A stretch of DNA of 64,000 nucleotides from Verrucomicrobiota bacterium (GCA_039798785.1 JBDKFG010000004.1:32001-96000), one strand, 5' to 3'; numbered from the stretch's first letter, positions 48,668-58,564 are shown. The notes: generated by a model not told the origin, from the letters alone. Numbers and translations are program-made.

Positions 48668-51600
48668 TCACACCGGCCAGAGGTAGGCGAGGCCGATGGG
48701 TTCGACTCGGGTGCTGACGACCTGATAGAACTGGGCGACGCGGGCGGGTTCGGTGACCAGGGCCTGGTCGACCTCGTTGAGCCATTTCTGCCAGTATTTG
48801 CGGTTGGCGGCGAACTGGCGCTGCTCGGCTTTCATCGCTTCGGTTTCCGGCAGGGCGAGGAAGAGCTGGCCCTCTTCGTTGGGGGCGCCGTCGAGCTGGC
48901 GTTTGACGCGGTTGCGCTGCTGGGTGAGGATGCTTCGGAGGTTCTCGGCTTCCTCCTTGCCGCGACTGGCGAGGCGGGCGTTGGCGTCGGCGAGGCTTTC
49001 GGCGGCGCGTTCCTGCAGGTGCGGCAGGAGTTGGGAAATGTCGGTGGCGAGAGAGGCCTTGAGCTGCATCTGGACTTCCTCGGGGACGAGTTTGCCGGAG
49101 CGGGCGGCGAGGAGGCCGTCTTCGAGAAGCTGCAAGGTCTTGTCCTCGGCGGCGGATTTGAAGGGGGTAAGCGGGGCTTTGCGTTGGGCGAGTTCCTGCC
49201 AACGGGCGGTGACGGCGATCACCTCCTCGTGGAGGCGGACGGCTCCAGGTCCGTAGATGGCGACGCGGCCGAGGATGACGACGCGCGGGGTGCTGTCCTC
49301 GCTTTGCGCAAGGCAGGCGCGGGAGAGGTCGTGATGGACGAAGCCCTGGGCGAGGAAGCGGCCGAGGAGGCGGCGGGTGATGCGGTGCTCGAGGTGGATC
49401 TGGACCGCGCCGTCATCAATGCCTTCGGGCGGATCGAAGACGACGGGACGGACGGGGGATTGGCGGCGCCATTCCCAATCGCGTTTGCCGTTATCCGGAG
49501 CAGCGCGGAGGCTGTCGAGGGTGCCGGACCAGGAGGGGTCGGCGCCGCGTCGAGTGTCGAGGTTAGGGAAGGCCCAGCGTTGAGGTGAACCGGGGAGGGG
49601 AGGGAGGGACTGGAGCGGCTCGGCGCCGAGGAGATTGAGGGAGCAGCCGAGGGCTTCGCGGAAGTGCGCCATGTCGAGGCCGATGTGTTGACGAGAGGCG
49701 GCAAGCTGGCGATCGAGACTCTTGATCTGCTGCTGCAATCTGTCGCGACGCTTCGCTACGATGGCTTCGTCGGGATCTTCGAGTTCTTCGCGGGCGGCTT
49801 TCACCTGGTCGTCCTGGGTGAAGAGCATGTGCTGGAGGAGGACATCGATATCCTGGCGGCGGATGCCGTTTTCGAGCGTGTCGGCGAGGCGGCGTTCGAG
49901 GACCTTGGAGAGCGAGCCGAGTTCCTGCTGGATGGTTTCTGTCTTGCGGACGAGGGTCTGGAGGACGCGGTCTTCGGGCCGTTGTTCGTAGAAGAAATAG
50001 CGGCAGTTGACGACGGGCGAGGGTTGGAGCTTGCGGTCGATGCGGCCGTTGCGCTGTTCGAGGCGGCCCGGGTTCCAGGGGACATCGAAGTGGACGAGGT
50101 CGTGGCAATGAGCCTGGAGGTTGAGACCTTCGCGGGCGGCGTCGGTGCAGACCAGGATGCGGACCGGCGCTTCCTCCGGGGGCAGGTTGAAGGCGCGTTT
50201 GATGGCCTCGCGTTTTTCCGAGCTGGTGGGGCCGTGGAAGACCTCGATGCGGGCGCTGTCGGCTTCGGTGCCGCGGATGGCGGCCTGGAGCATGTTGACG
50301 AGGTAGCGCTTCGAGTCGTCCCATTCGGTGAAGATGATGAGGCGGCGTCCGGTCCAGGCGCAACCGGGGCGGGCGGCGGATTGCCCGGGGACGCCGATGC
50401 CCGGGCATTGGTGCTCGCGGATCCATTCAAGCAGCTTGAGGATACGGGCGTCGGGGAGGTTGCGAGTGGCATTGGCGAGGGCGGCCATCTTGTCGAGGAG
50501 GGTTCGTTCATTGGCGACCTGGCCGGAGCTGCCGGCGGCGAGGGTAGCGCGCTCCATCTGGCGATCTTGAAGTTTAACGAGTTCCTCTTCCGGCAGTTCC
50601 GCTTCGTCGTCATCGGCTTCGACCGGGCCTTTGAGGGAAATCCGCCCGGCACCGGCGGGGGCGCTTTCCCCGGCCCAGAGTCGTTCCATGCTGCGGCGGT
50701 GGACATCGAGGGTGCGGGCAAAGGCTTCGATCGAGGAGAGCAGGCGTTGCTGCAGGTGGGTGAGAACCATCATCGCTTCGTTGCGCTGGCGTTTGCCGGC
50801 GGCAGACAGGCCGTCGAGGCGGAGTTCGCGATAGTCATCGAGGAGGCGGCAGAGCAAGAGCTCGGGAGCGTCGTCGGGAAGGCCGGCGATGTCGATCTGT
50901 TCGACGCGGCGTTCGGCGAAGCCGCCGGAGATCGAGCGGATGTCCTCCTTGAGGCGGCGGACCATGACGGCGTCGAGGTTTTCCTTGACCACTTTGACGC
51001 CGCGGGTGAAGCGTTGCGGGTCGAGGATTTCGAGGAGGGCGCTGAAGCTGTTGGAGTGGCCATTGTGGGGGGTGGCGGAGAGGAAGAGGCGGTGCTCGAA
51101 GCGGCCGGCGAGGTCGCGGACGATACGGGTGAACTTCGAGTCGATGGCGTAGCGCGAGCCGCTGGCGGGGGCGGCGTGGTGGGCTTCATCGAGAATGAGC
51201 AGCGAGTTCGGCGACAGGGTGCCGAGCCAATCGCGCATCGGAGTGCTGTAGTTTTCGTCGATGAGCAGCTTGTGCGAGACGAGGAAGCGCGGGTAAGTGG
51301 TCCAGGGGTTGACGCTGAAGCCGCGTTCCTGGCGGATGCGTTCCATGTAGGCGCGGTCCATGATCTCGAAGATCAGGCCGAAGCGGGTTTCCAGTTCGTC
51401 CTTCCACTGCATCAGCATCGAGGGCGGGCAGGCGACGACGATGTCGCTCACCCGGCGGCGGAGCAGCAACTCGGAGGCGATGAGGCCGGCTTCGATGGTC
51501 TTGCCGAGGCCGACGTCATCGGCGATGAAGAGGTTGACGCGCGGCATGAGCAGCGCCTTGCGCAGCGGTTCGAGCTGGTAGGAATCGATGCGGATGCCGG

Positions 51601-51919
51601 CGCGGAAGGGCGACTGGAAGAGCTTCGGATCGGTGGCGGTGACGCAGTTCCAGCGCAGGCTATGGACGTAGGAGCTGAAGAAAGAGACATCATCGAAGCC
51701 TTTAGCACCGATGCGTTTCCAGGTGTCTTCGCCGATGATTTCGGTGCCCAGCTCCATTTCCCAGACGACCTCGGAACTCATCCCTTGGGCGTCGTCATCG
51801 ACACAGGCGAGGCGGAGCAGGGTGCCGAGACCGGCGGTGGGCTCGACCGCTTCGACCAAGTGATGGCGGGTGCGGACCTTGACGATATCGCCCGATTTCG
51901 GGAGCTGGGAGCTGAGCAT
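48668..51919 (-). CDS. drmD: DISARM SNF2-like helicase DrmD
   Basis: FQSPFRAGI, IADDVGLGKT, DEAHH, SATPHNG, DAAREGLNLQ and QRNGRIDR motifs; ends GLAYLWP. Confidence 0.93.
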   Translation of the reverse strand: MLSSQLPKSGDIVKVRTRHHLVEAVEPTAGLGTLLRLACVDDDAQGMSSEVVWEMELGTEIIGEDTWKRIGAKGFDDVSFFSSYVHSLRWNCVTATDPKLFQSPFRAGIRIDSYQLEPLRKALLMPRVNLFIADDVGLGKTIEAGLIASELLLRRRVSDIVVACPPSMLMQWKDELETRFGLIFEIMDRAYMERIRQERGFSVNPWTTYPRFLVSHKLLIDENYSTPMRDWLGTLSPNSLLILDEAHHAAPASGSRYAIDSKFTRIVRDLAGRFEHRLFLSATPHNGHSNSFSALLEILDPQRFTRGVKVVKENLDAVMVRRLKEDIRSISGGFAERRVEQIDIAGLPDDAPELLLCRLLDDYRELRLDGLSAAGKRQRNEAMMVLTHLQQRLLSSIEAFARTLDVHRRSMERLWAGESAPAGAGRISLKGPVEADDDEAELPEEELVKLQDRQMERATLAAGSSGQVANERTLLDKMAALANATRNLPDARILKLLEWIREHQCPGIGVPGQSAARPGCAWTGRRLIIFTEWDDSKRYLVNMLQAAIRGTEADSARIEVFHGPTSSEKREAIKRAFNLPPEEAPVRILVCTDAAREGLNLQAHCHDLVHFDVPWNPGRLEQRNGRIDRKLQPSPVVNCRYFFYEQRPEDRVLQTLVRKTETIQQELGSLSKVLERRLADTLENGIRRQDIDVLLQHMLFTQDDQVKAAREELEDPDEAIVAKRRDRLQQQIKSLDRQLAASRQHIGLDMAHFREALGCSLNLLGAEPLQSLPPLPGSPQRWAFPNLDTRRGADPSWSGTLDSLRAAPDNGKRDWEWRRQSPVRPVVFDPPEGIDDGAVQIHLEHRITRRLLGRFLAQGFVHHDLSRACLAQSEDSTPRVVILGRVAIYGPGAVRLHEEVIAVTARWQELAQRKAPLTPFKSAAEDKTLQLLEDGLLAARSGKLVPEEVQMQLKASLATDISQLLPHLQERAAESLADANARLASRGKEEAENLRSILTQQRNRVKRQLDGAPNEEGQLFLALPETEAMKAEQRQFAANRKYWQKWLNEVDQALVTEPARVAQFYQVVSTRVEPIGLAYLWPV

Positions 51920-52320
51920 GAAGGGGATCTCCGGAGATTGCTGGCGGGGAATATAGCTGCGGCGATAGCTTGTGAAGCCGAGGATTGATCAGATCACCGC
52001 CACATCCGTTTTAACTAGGAGTGTCGCATCACCGAGCGTAGCGTGGCGTGTAGCGCACGAAGTTGTCCGTCGTGTCACCTTGCCGAGGAAGATTAGGATC
52101 ATACTTGCGACATAATCGAGTCACAGGTCTGGAGTCTGAAGGGCGTGCATAGTAACCGGAAATTTCGAATATTTTCTTGTCATTGAAGGAGTTCCCGATC
52201 ACTTGGAGATAGACCATCTTGCCTAGGCCGGATCGAACCATCTGGTAGGCATCGTTGACAAAGTCGTAGGAGCAGGAGGCATAGCCCCAGCTCATCAATC
52301 GACGAATCGATTGAAGTATT

Positions 52321-52348
52321 GATATCCATAAGATTGATTATGCGAAAA
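52321..52348. other. dif-like XerCD site (left att)
   Basis: GATATCCATAA-GATTGA-TTATGCGAAAA, 11-6-11 layout with the CATAA/TTATG inner palindrome. Confidence 0.7.
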
Positions 52349-52496
52349 GATCTCGCCGCCGCTCAAACGTGCGGCGGAACGGCCCTAGAGCACGGTATAC
52401 CTGTTCGTCAAATCGCCTTTTTTTCGAGTCCCCCGCGTTTGGCCTTCCTTGCAGGCTAACAGATATTCACGTTGGTGAGTTTTGCGGGGTGAAAAA

Positions 52497-52703
52497 ATGA
52501 TTTACATTCATCCTCCATTGGTTGTTGGATTGTTTTGCATTCTTCCGTCAATTTCTCATGTTCCTGAAGGTCCATATCTTCTTGAATATATGGATTATGG
52601 AATTGGTGAAACTTGTTTATGTGGTTCAAAAATGATTAAGTCTTTCAATCAGAGCAATAATGTTTTCTATTTTTGTTTAACCTGCAAAAACTCGAGGATT
52701 TAA
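52497..52703 (+). CDS. Small Cys-rich hypothetical protein
   Basis: CLC...CLTC motifs, possible zinc ribbon. Confidence 0.4.
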   Translation: MIYIHPPLVVGLFCILPSISHVPEGPYLLEYMDYGIGETCLCGSKMIKSFNQSNNVFYFCLTCKNSRI

Positions 52704-52708
52704 AAAAA

Positions 52709-53212
52709 ATGGAATCACAAACATTGTACTTTGGCAGTCCGGCTCCAGTTGGTGGCAGGTATTTACGATCTTATGATAAGCGCCGAATTGAATATGATCC
52801 TGTAACTGAAAAACCAACTGCTGATTCAGATTATGTTCATTACGTTAGATATGAAGATTTTGAAGTAAAAAATAAACCTGAATGCTTAATTTGTAGGATA
52901 AACGTAAATATTTGTAGGAAAACTGAGCCATTTTACCTTGGAATGTTTGAAAAACAGTATCGTGATGAAGTCAAATCATCTTTAAAATTTTACATTGCTT
53001 ATTATTCACCGTCTTTTGAATTGATTAAAAAAGGATATTATCAGGTTAAAGTTCCACCCAATCTTATGTCTTACACTCAAAAATGTATGTCTCAGCTTAG
53101 ATCTGCTTTGGATCATGAATGTAATGAATTAGAATCAATTGCCGATGAAATTGAAGATTTTAGATACCTTTTTCATAAAAATAAAGCTCAATATAATAAA
53201 GGGCAAATTTAA
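52709..53212 (+). CDS. Hypothetical protein with Rep-like N-terminal segment
   Basis: GAGG RBS; TLYFGSPAPVGGRYLRSYDKRR resembles TLYLGSSAAGGRLLRCYDKRR in the phage Rep. Confidence 0.6.
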   Translation: MESQTLYFGSPAPVGGRYLRSYDKRRIEYDPVTEKPTADSDYVHYVRYEDFEVKNKPECLICRINVNICRKTEPFYLGMFEKQYRDEVKSSLKFYIAYYSPSFELIKKGYYQVKVPPNLMSYTQKCMSQLRSALDHECNELESIADEIEDFRYLFHKNKAQYNKGQI

Positions 53213-53544
53213 TGAATCTTTATCCATACATCACGCAAAAGACTGATGAGCCGTGGCTAATCGCGATTCCTGGTCTTCCTCCTCGTCACGTTCAGAGACT
53301 TTTGTACTTTGCCCAAAACTGTGAGCGCCTGGGCTGCGTTCCTCCCTTCTCAAGAGATGAGCTAGCCGCGATCTATTGCTATCTGATCAGCGAGGCCCGC
53401 AGTCCTGAAGAGACTGCTCGTTTTGTTTGTCAGCTTCCTTTGCCGATTTTTCGCCCCAAATTCGAAGTCAAGGTTCCTCGTCCTCAGTCTCTTGGCCGTC
53501 CTCGTAGTCGGCGTGTTGGTACTGATCATCCCAGACTTTTCTAA
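53212..53544 (+). CDS. Phage hypothetical protein
   Basis: TAATG coupling to the upstream gene. Confidence 0.55.
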   Translation: MNLYPYITQKTDEPWLIAIPGLPPRHVQRLLYFAQNCERLGCVPPFSRDELAAIYCYLISEARSPEETARFVCQLPLPIFRPKFEVKVPRPQSLGRPRSRRVGTDHPRLF

Positions 53545-53598
53545 CCCCTTCCCGGCTGACTGACTCAGTCGGAAGCTAAAAAACAAGGATACAAAAAA

Positions 53599-54093
53599 AT
53601 GAGCACAGCAGAAAAAAACCTCCGTACTCCCGAAGTTCTCAAAGCTGAGGAAGCGGATTTCAAGGCTTTCAATGAGCAGAAAGCCAAGGTTCAGAAGCTC
53701 CACCTGGATAAGATGGCCGACAAGCTGAAAGAAGTCGCTCATGTCCCAAAGTTTGGTCCCTGCATGTTTGCAGGCGTTTACCCTGCTACTACATACGGCG
53801 CCGACGGCAAAGCGGTCGAGCTTGAAGGAAAAGTCAAGCTTAAATTCATGTCTGCCCAGGGTGAATTCATGCTTACCGCCGATGATCATTTGACGCCTAT
53901 TCTTCCCAATGGTGAAAAGCCAGGAAAAGAAGATCGTTTCTTGATCTCTTTTACCCTGACCGATAAAAATCAGAGTGTCAACCGTTATAATCCTAACACT
54001 AAAGAAAGTACTACGGCTAAACAAACGGGTTGGCTTCCTGATGAGCTTCTGAGATGGAAGCTTCTCCCTCGTGAAACCCTCTCGTTCGATTAA
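53599..54093 (+). CDS. Phage protein, possible ssDNA-binding protein
   Basis: AAGGA RBS; beta-rich composition; adjacent to rep. Function inferred from position only. Confidence 0.5.
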   Translation: MSTAEKNLRTPEVLKAEEADFKAFNEQKAKVQKLHLDKMADKLKEVAHVPKFGPCMFAGVYPATTYGADGKAVELEGKVKLKFMSAQGEFMLTADDHLTPILPNGEKPGKEDRFLISFTLTDKNQSVNRYNPNTKESTTAKQTGWLPDELLRWKLLPRETLSFD

Positions 54094-54109
54094 TCGGAGG
54101 GCCTTGGGA

Positions 54110-55348
54110 ATGCAGTTCAACGGTCTTCAAGTCAAGCGCTTGTCTTGCGACAAAATTACATTGATCGCTGCTTGTCCTGCATTCTCGGGCTCTGAGGGTT
54201 TGAGCTTCGCGGAAAACGTGGCTAAGGAATGGCAACCTTTCGGTTCTTCCGGTCTTCCTTCTCCGCATTACATGTTTGGTCGTTCGGTTCATGGTATCGC
54301 TCTTAACTGGGGCAAAGAAACCAAGCTTCATAAGCGCGTTTTGGAAAATGAATATTGTGACCTCTCTTCTGGTTGTAAGAAAAAACAGGTCGCGGATATT
54401 CATCAAAAAACGGCTTTTAATCTCCGGATTGAGTTCAATCCAAATAAATCCTCTCTTTCCTTGGTGCGTGACTTCTTCGATGCGGCGTATCCTGAGCGTT
54501 GTTCGATTACTTCCCCTGTGAAGGTTTCCCGTTTTGATAGCGCTCTAGACTATCATGATCCGATTGATATCCGCTTTATTGATTCTTCAGCTCTGCGGAA
54601 TGGTTCGATCTACTTCACGGGTCCAAGGCCCGAGACTCTGTACCTGGGAAGCTCTGCTGCCGGTGGCCGGCTTCTTCGTTGCTATGATAAGCGCCGCGAG
54701 CAGATAGCCCGGGGCAATCAGTGGCTTTCTGGATCCGTCTTGGAAGGCTCGATCTCTGAGCGTTATAGTCACCCCCTCGCTTCCCAGATGTCAGCTGCAG
54801 GTCGTGGTTTGGCGGTCGTCAATGGTGAGATTGCTAACGTTCCTTTCGATTACGATGATGACGCCGCGACAACGGCCTGTGATGACCCTGAGGCGGTGGA
54901 TGGTCTTTCCGGGATTGATCATTGGTGGCGAATTGAAATGCAGGATCGCCGGGAATGCTGCTTCTCTAAGCTCAAAAGTCACTATGTCGACACTTTCAAC
55001 GATGTTTTCGCTTATGATATGCCTCTTGGGGATCAAGAGCTAGTCAAATCATTAATGCTTACAGGCCGTAAAAAGGTTTCAGATTCAGATCTTGCGTTGA
55101 TTCTTTTTGCGGCTAATGCTTTAGTTATTGGTAACCAACATCACCACTTCAGATATCTTTTGGATCTTTTAGATGAAAAACGGCGCTTATCCGTTCAACG
55201 TCTCCTTCGTCAATGGCATAAAACCGATTTCATCGGCGGTTATTTCCGTTCAAATTGTGTTGATATGTTCATTGAAACTGAAAAACACCTTTCCCCTCTT
55301 CTTAAACATTTCCACCCTCTTTCACTTATGGGAATTTCTGCTTCATGA
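54110..55348 (+). CDS. Rolling-circle replication initiator (Rep_trans-like)
   Basis: LRIEFNPNK, VSRFDSALD, ETLYLGS, LRCYDK and WWRIE motifs. Confidence 0.85.
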   Translation: MQFNGLQVKRLSCDKITLIAACPAFSGSEGLSFAENVAKEWQPFGSSGLPSPHYMFGRSVHGIALNWGKETKLHKRVLENEYCDLSSGCKKKQVADIHQKTAFNLRIEFNPNKSSLSLVRDFFDAAYPERCSITSPVKVSRFDSALDYHDPIDIRFIDSSALRNGSIYFTGPRPETLYLGSSAAGGRLLRCYDKRREQIARGNQWLSGSVLEGSISERYSHPLASQMSAAGRGLAVVNGEIANVPFDYDDDAATTACDDPEAVDGLSGIDHWWRIEMQDRRECCFSKLKSHYVDTFNDVFAYDMPLGDQELVKSLMLTGRKKVSDSDLALILFAANALVIGNQHHHFRYLLDLLDEKRRLSVQRLLRQWHKTDFIGGYFRSNCVDMFIETEKHLSPLLKHFHPLSLMGISAS

Positions 55349-55474
55349 GCACTCAAACCGAACAAAAACTCGAAACTGATCAATGGTCTTCCCCGGCCTT
55401 TGATGCGGCATGCCTTCGCGAAATGGCCTTTCTTATAGAACATTTTAAAAAGAAAAAACAAAAGGAAACCCAAA

Positions 55475-55828
55475 ATGCTTGCTGAAATCATCACAATTGA
55501 CCAGAACACCGCAGAAGTTTCGCTTCAGACTGATTTGATCCTTTTTCAGGGCATCACAATTATTAGCGGCGTTCTAGCTGTTGCCGTGACTTTTTGGTTT
55601 ATCTACTGGGCACATAATCAACTTCGCCGATACATCTTTGAAGACACTGGAAGTGCTTCATCTTCATCAGTATCATCTGATATTCCTGGCGGAAGACCTG
55701 AAAAGGACTGGCCCAAAATTGCTAATACATATGTTGGCTACAGATCCGGCATTCCTGGAATAGGTGCAAAGCACACTAAAAATCATGGTCGCCGAAAAAA
55801 CCGTAATGCTGACAACATCCCTTTCTAA
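55475..55828 (+). CDS. Single-TM phage protein
   Basis: ITIISGVLAVAVTFWFIYWA TM segment resembling the coat protein TM. Confidence 0.6.
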   Translation: MLAEIITIDQNTAEVSLQTDLILFQGITIISGVLAVAVTFWFIYWAHNQLRRYIFEDTGSASSSSVSSDIPGGRPEKDWPKIANTYVGYRSGIPGIGAKHTKNHGRRKNRNADNIPF

Positions 55829-55831
55829 AAC

Positions 55832-55990
55832 ATGTCATTCGGTCTTTATCTCTCCATTCTTGGATTAACTGCCTTCGCGGTGATGTTTGCCCTAGGCTTC
55901 ATCATCGTGCTAGTAAGGATCGCTTCGTCCCCGTTCCGGACGCGACCTAATTTCAACATTGAACGGGAAACACAGATAAATGAGGATTGA
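55832..55990 (+). CDS. Small hydrophobic minor-coat-like protein (pVII/pIX-like)
   Basis: 52 aa MSFGLYLSILGLTAFAVMFALGFIIVLVRI...; sits directly before the coat gene. Confidence 0.55.
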   Translation: MSFGLYLSILGLTAFAVMFALGFIIVLVRIASSPFRTRPNFNIERETQINED

Positions 55991-55992
55991 TC

Positions 55993-56235
55993 ATGCTCAA
56001 AAAGAAAATTTTGGCCGTTTTGTCTCTTTGTGGCCTCGCCGTTTCTGCTTCTGCAGCACCTGACCCCGTTATGGGTGCAATCATCGGCGTTGACCAGACC
56101 ACTGGTGCCGTTTCCATCAACTCCGGCGAGATGCTCGCCCAAGGCGCTGTCATCATTGGCGGTGTCGTGACCCTCGCCGCTACTTTCTGGCTCATTGCCT
56201 GGGCCTGGAAGAAGATCAAGCAGTTTGTCCACTGA
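55993..56235 (+). CDS. Major coat protein (pVIII-like)
   Basis: Signal peptide (ASA|A), single TM, basic C-terminus WKKIKQF; GAGG RBS; terminator follows. Confidence 0.8.
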   Translation: MLKKKILAVLSLCGLAVSASAAPDPVMGAIIGVDQTTGAVSINSGEMLAQGAVIIGGVVTLAATFWLIAWAWKKIKQFVH

Positions 56236-56240
56236 TGATC

Positions 56241-56266
56241 GGGGGAGCCTTAACCGGCTCCCCTTT
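56241..56266 (+). terminator. Intrinsic terminator after the coat gene
   Basis: GGGAGCC-ttaacc-GGCTCCC-TTT. Confidence 0.7.
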
Positions 56267-56271
56267 CTCCC

Positions 56272-56583
56272 ATGGCTACAAATTCAACATCCAATAGCGG
56301 CGGCGTTCCTGCTGATCTGACCCAGATACATAATGATCTTGTGGTCATCGACCAGACCTTGCAAAATACCGCCATTCAAACGACTTCGACCAATGCTTCC
56401 ATTGTTTATCTTTCCGGTCAAGTTCAGCAGTCAAATCAGCTTCTAACCCAACTCATTGAGCAGCAAGAAAACCCTGCTTGGGGTCTAAAGCCTGCACAGC
56501 ACTATATCATTATCGAATCCCTCCTGATCATCCTTATTGCAGTAATGATTTTCGGAATCTTCGCAAGGATGCTTAAGATATGA
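56272..56583 (+). CDS. Phage membrane protein (coiled coil + C-terminal TM)
   Basis: C-terminal hydrophobic segment; ATGA overlap with the next ORF. Confidence 0.6.
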   Translation: MATNSTSNSGGVPADLTQIHNDLVVIDQTLQNTAIQTTSTNASIVYLSGQVQQSNQLLTQLIEQQENPAWGLKPAQHYIIIESLLIILIAVMIFGIFARMLKI

Positions 56584-56759
56584 AAAAACTTCTAACTCTC
56601 CTTACGTGGTTATTCACCTTATATTTCCTCTATATTGCTATTTACGCTTTTAAACACTCCAAGCCCTCACATGGAGTTATCTTCTTCCTGATTTTTTTGA
56701 CACTTGTAAAATTCATGCTCTATCGGATCAAGCTAAAAAAGTCTGAGGCTCCCAAATGA
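56580..56759 (+). CDS. 59-aa two-TM phage protein
   Basis: MKKLLTLLTWLFTLYFLY...GVIFFLIFLTLVKF; ATGA overlaps on both sides. Confidence 0.6.
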   Translation: MKKLLTLLTWLFTLYFLYIAIYAFKHSKPSHGVIFFLIFLTLVKFMLYRIKLKKSEAPK

Positions 56760-58564
56760 CCCGCTATTTAATTCTCTTTCTCTTGACCTTTTCCCAACTC
56801 CTCCTTGCCGATGATCTTACCGCTACCATTACCCCTCCAGACACCTCTTACGGCCCTGAAAAGACCTATCATTTCACCTTCGATCATGAGGAAAGAACCG
56901 TTAATGAATACTATCCTAACTATGTCTTTGGACCATCTGTATATTTAACCTCACCTCCTCCTGAAAATCCTTGGTTAGTCGGCGGTAACAGTGGTCCTCT
57001 GTATGAACAAGTTGGCGGAAATCATTATAAATTGCTCTCAGATGGTCAATTCTATCAATTGAACTACGTTCCAAATCCCGAAATATATGAACATACAACT
57101 CAGCCAAGCCCTTACGGTCCTCCTTATCCTGATCGTATAATTCCGACAATCTATTATCGTTATATTCAGAGAGTAGAAAGCCCAGATTCAGAGGCTTACA
57201 TTTATGGAACTCAAAATGAAACTATCACCAGATATTATAAAGGTCCGATCGTTGGAAACTATACCTGTTCATTGGAAATTCAGCATCAAACTAACCGCCC
57301 TGTCGGTGCTGGTCATTCAATTTGGAAGTTCTATTATGAATCCATCCTAAAAAAGGATGGTACTAGACCTGATAAGGGAAATACAATTTTCATTGTATTT
57401 TGCTCTGAAGAGATGACAGACAATGTCGCTAGTATTTATAATAATGCATATATGACCTATGATGAAACACGCCCCAAGGGATATCTTATCTCTAATGATG
57501 AAATGATAGAAGCTTCTGCCCTATCTATGTCCGACTATGAGGAGCCGCCAACTTACAATAGCTCTACTGGACAATACATAAACTATTCAAAGATCAACCT
57601 TCTTCCGCAGCAGAATTTCAAGACATGGCGGGTTCGTTTTGGTCTTCCATCAAATTCTAAGCTATTGCCCGGTGCTGGTCCTGATCATCAGCCGCCAGTC
57701 CCTAACTATGTTGCTTCAGTTGACAAAAACGGTCAGACCTATCAATTCTTAAGCTCCCAAGTGCTAACTGCTCAAGGTCATCCCGTACTTGATGCTTATA
57801 ATCGAAATAATATTAATCAAATGTTTTTGCATTCCATTAATTCAGATAATACCCTTTCGACCTTCTCAGTACAAATGTCATGGAGTGATTTAAATAATGA
57901 TGGAAAAGTCACATCTTCTGAGCTTACACCTTCCGTCAGTGGTGATTATTTCGCCGCAGATTTAGACGGAGACGGAGAACTTGACCAGGGCGAGGTATTC
58001 AAATTCACTCCTGTATTTCACGAATATACAGACCCTCAGGAAGTAACTCATTCATACATTATCAATGAATACACCTTTCCAACCGTTGACACCTCCTTTA
58101 CTCTCCCTCAAAGCGCTTCCATTGACAGTGATCCTCATTTTCATCCAGGTCCAGGCAATCTAACTGATTTTCGTTCAGATTTTCAAGGCGCAAAGCCCCC
58201 TCTCATCACCGAGGCCGGCACAAGCGGCGGCGCTTTCGGTTCAGGCCTTGGCTCCTCGATGTCGTCCAGTTCAACTATTATCGATGATGACACCAAGGCA
58301 GCATATAAGCAACTCACTGATACGTTTTTCGAAGCTTTAAGCGGCCCTTACATGCATCAAGAGATAACCAACTCCACCGCGATTTATTCTCTTCCACTTT
58401 CTAAGATCAATTCAGAGTTTGCCGATATTCCGATAGATTTTGCCAATCTGGGCGGTGTCGACTTTACCAATGTTCAAATGCTCTTCAGGCTATTACTTCT
58501 CGGCTTTCTGATCATTTCATTTATTCTTATTCATATAAAAATCACAAAATGGCTCGTTGATTAA
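56756..58564 (+). CDS. Attachment protein (pIII-like)
   Basis: Signal peptide, long variable ectodomain, G/S linker, C-terminal TM; precedes pVI-like and pI genes. Confidence 0.75.
   Translation: MTRYLILFLLTFSQLLLADDLTATITPPDTSYGPEKTYHFTFDHEERTVNEYYPNYVFGPSVYLTSPPPENPWLVGGNSGPLYEQVGGNHYKLLSDGQFYQLNYVPNPEIYEHTTQPSPYGPPYPDRIIPTIYYRYIQRVESPDSEAYIYGTQNETITRYYKGPIVGNYTCSLEIQHQTNRPVGAGHSIWKFYYESILKKDGTRPDKGNTIFIVFCSEEMTDNVASIYNNAYMTYDETRPKGYLISNDEMIEASALSMSDYEEPPTYNSSTGQYINYSKINLLPQQNFKTWRVRFGLPSNSKLLPGAGPDHQPPVPNYVASVDKNGQTYQFLSSQVLTAQGHPVLDAYNRNNINQMFLHSINSDNTLSTFSVQMSWSDLNNDGKVTSSELTPSVSGDYFAADLDGDGELDQGEVFKFTPVFHEYTDPQEVTHSYIINEYTFPTVDTSFTLPQSASIDSDPHFHPGPGNLTDFRSDFQGAKPPLITEAGTSGGAFGSGLGSSMSSSSTIIDDDTKAAYKQLTDTFFEALSGPYMHQEITNSTAIYSLPLSKINSEFADIPIDFANLGGVDFTNVQMLFRLLLLGFLIISFILIHIKITKWLVD

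Noticed and set aside
22603..51988. Long antisense ORFs (22603-24888, 25640-27091, 43798-45096, 49664-51988 and others)
   Set aside because: Shadow frames of high-GC genes with no independent motifs.
52029..52298. 89-aa minus-strand ORF upstream of drmD
   Set aside because: No clear start or motif; may be a fragment cut by the prophage, but this cannot be supported.
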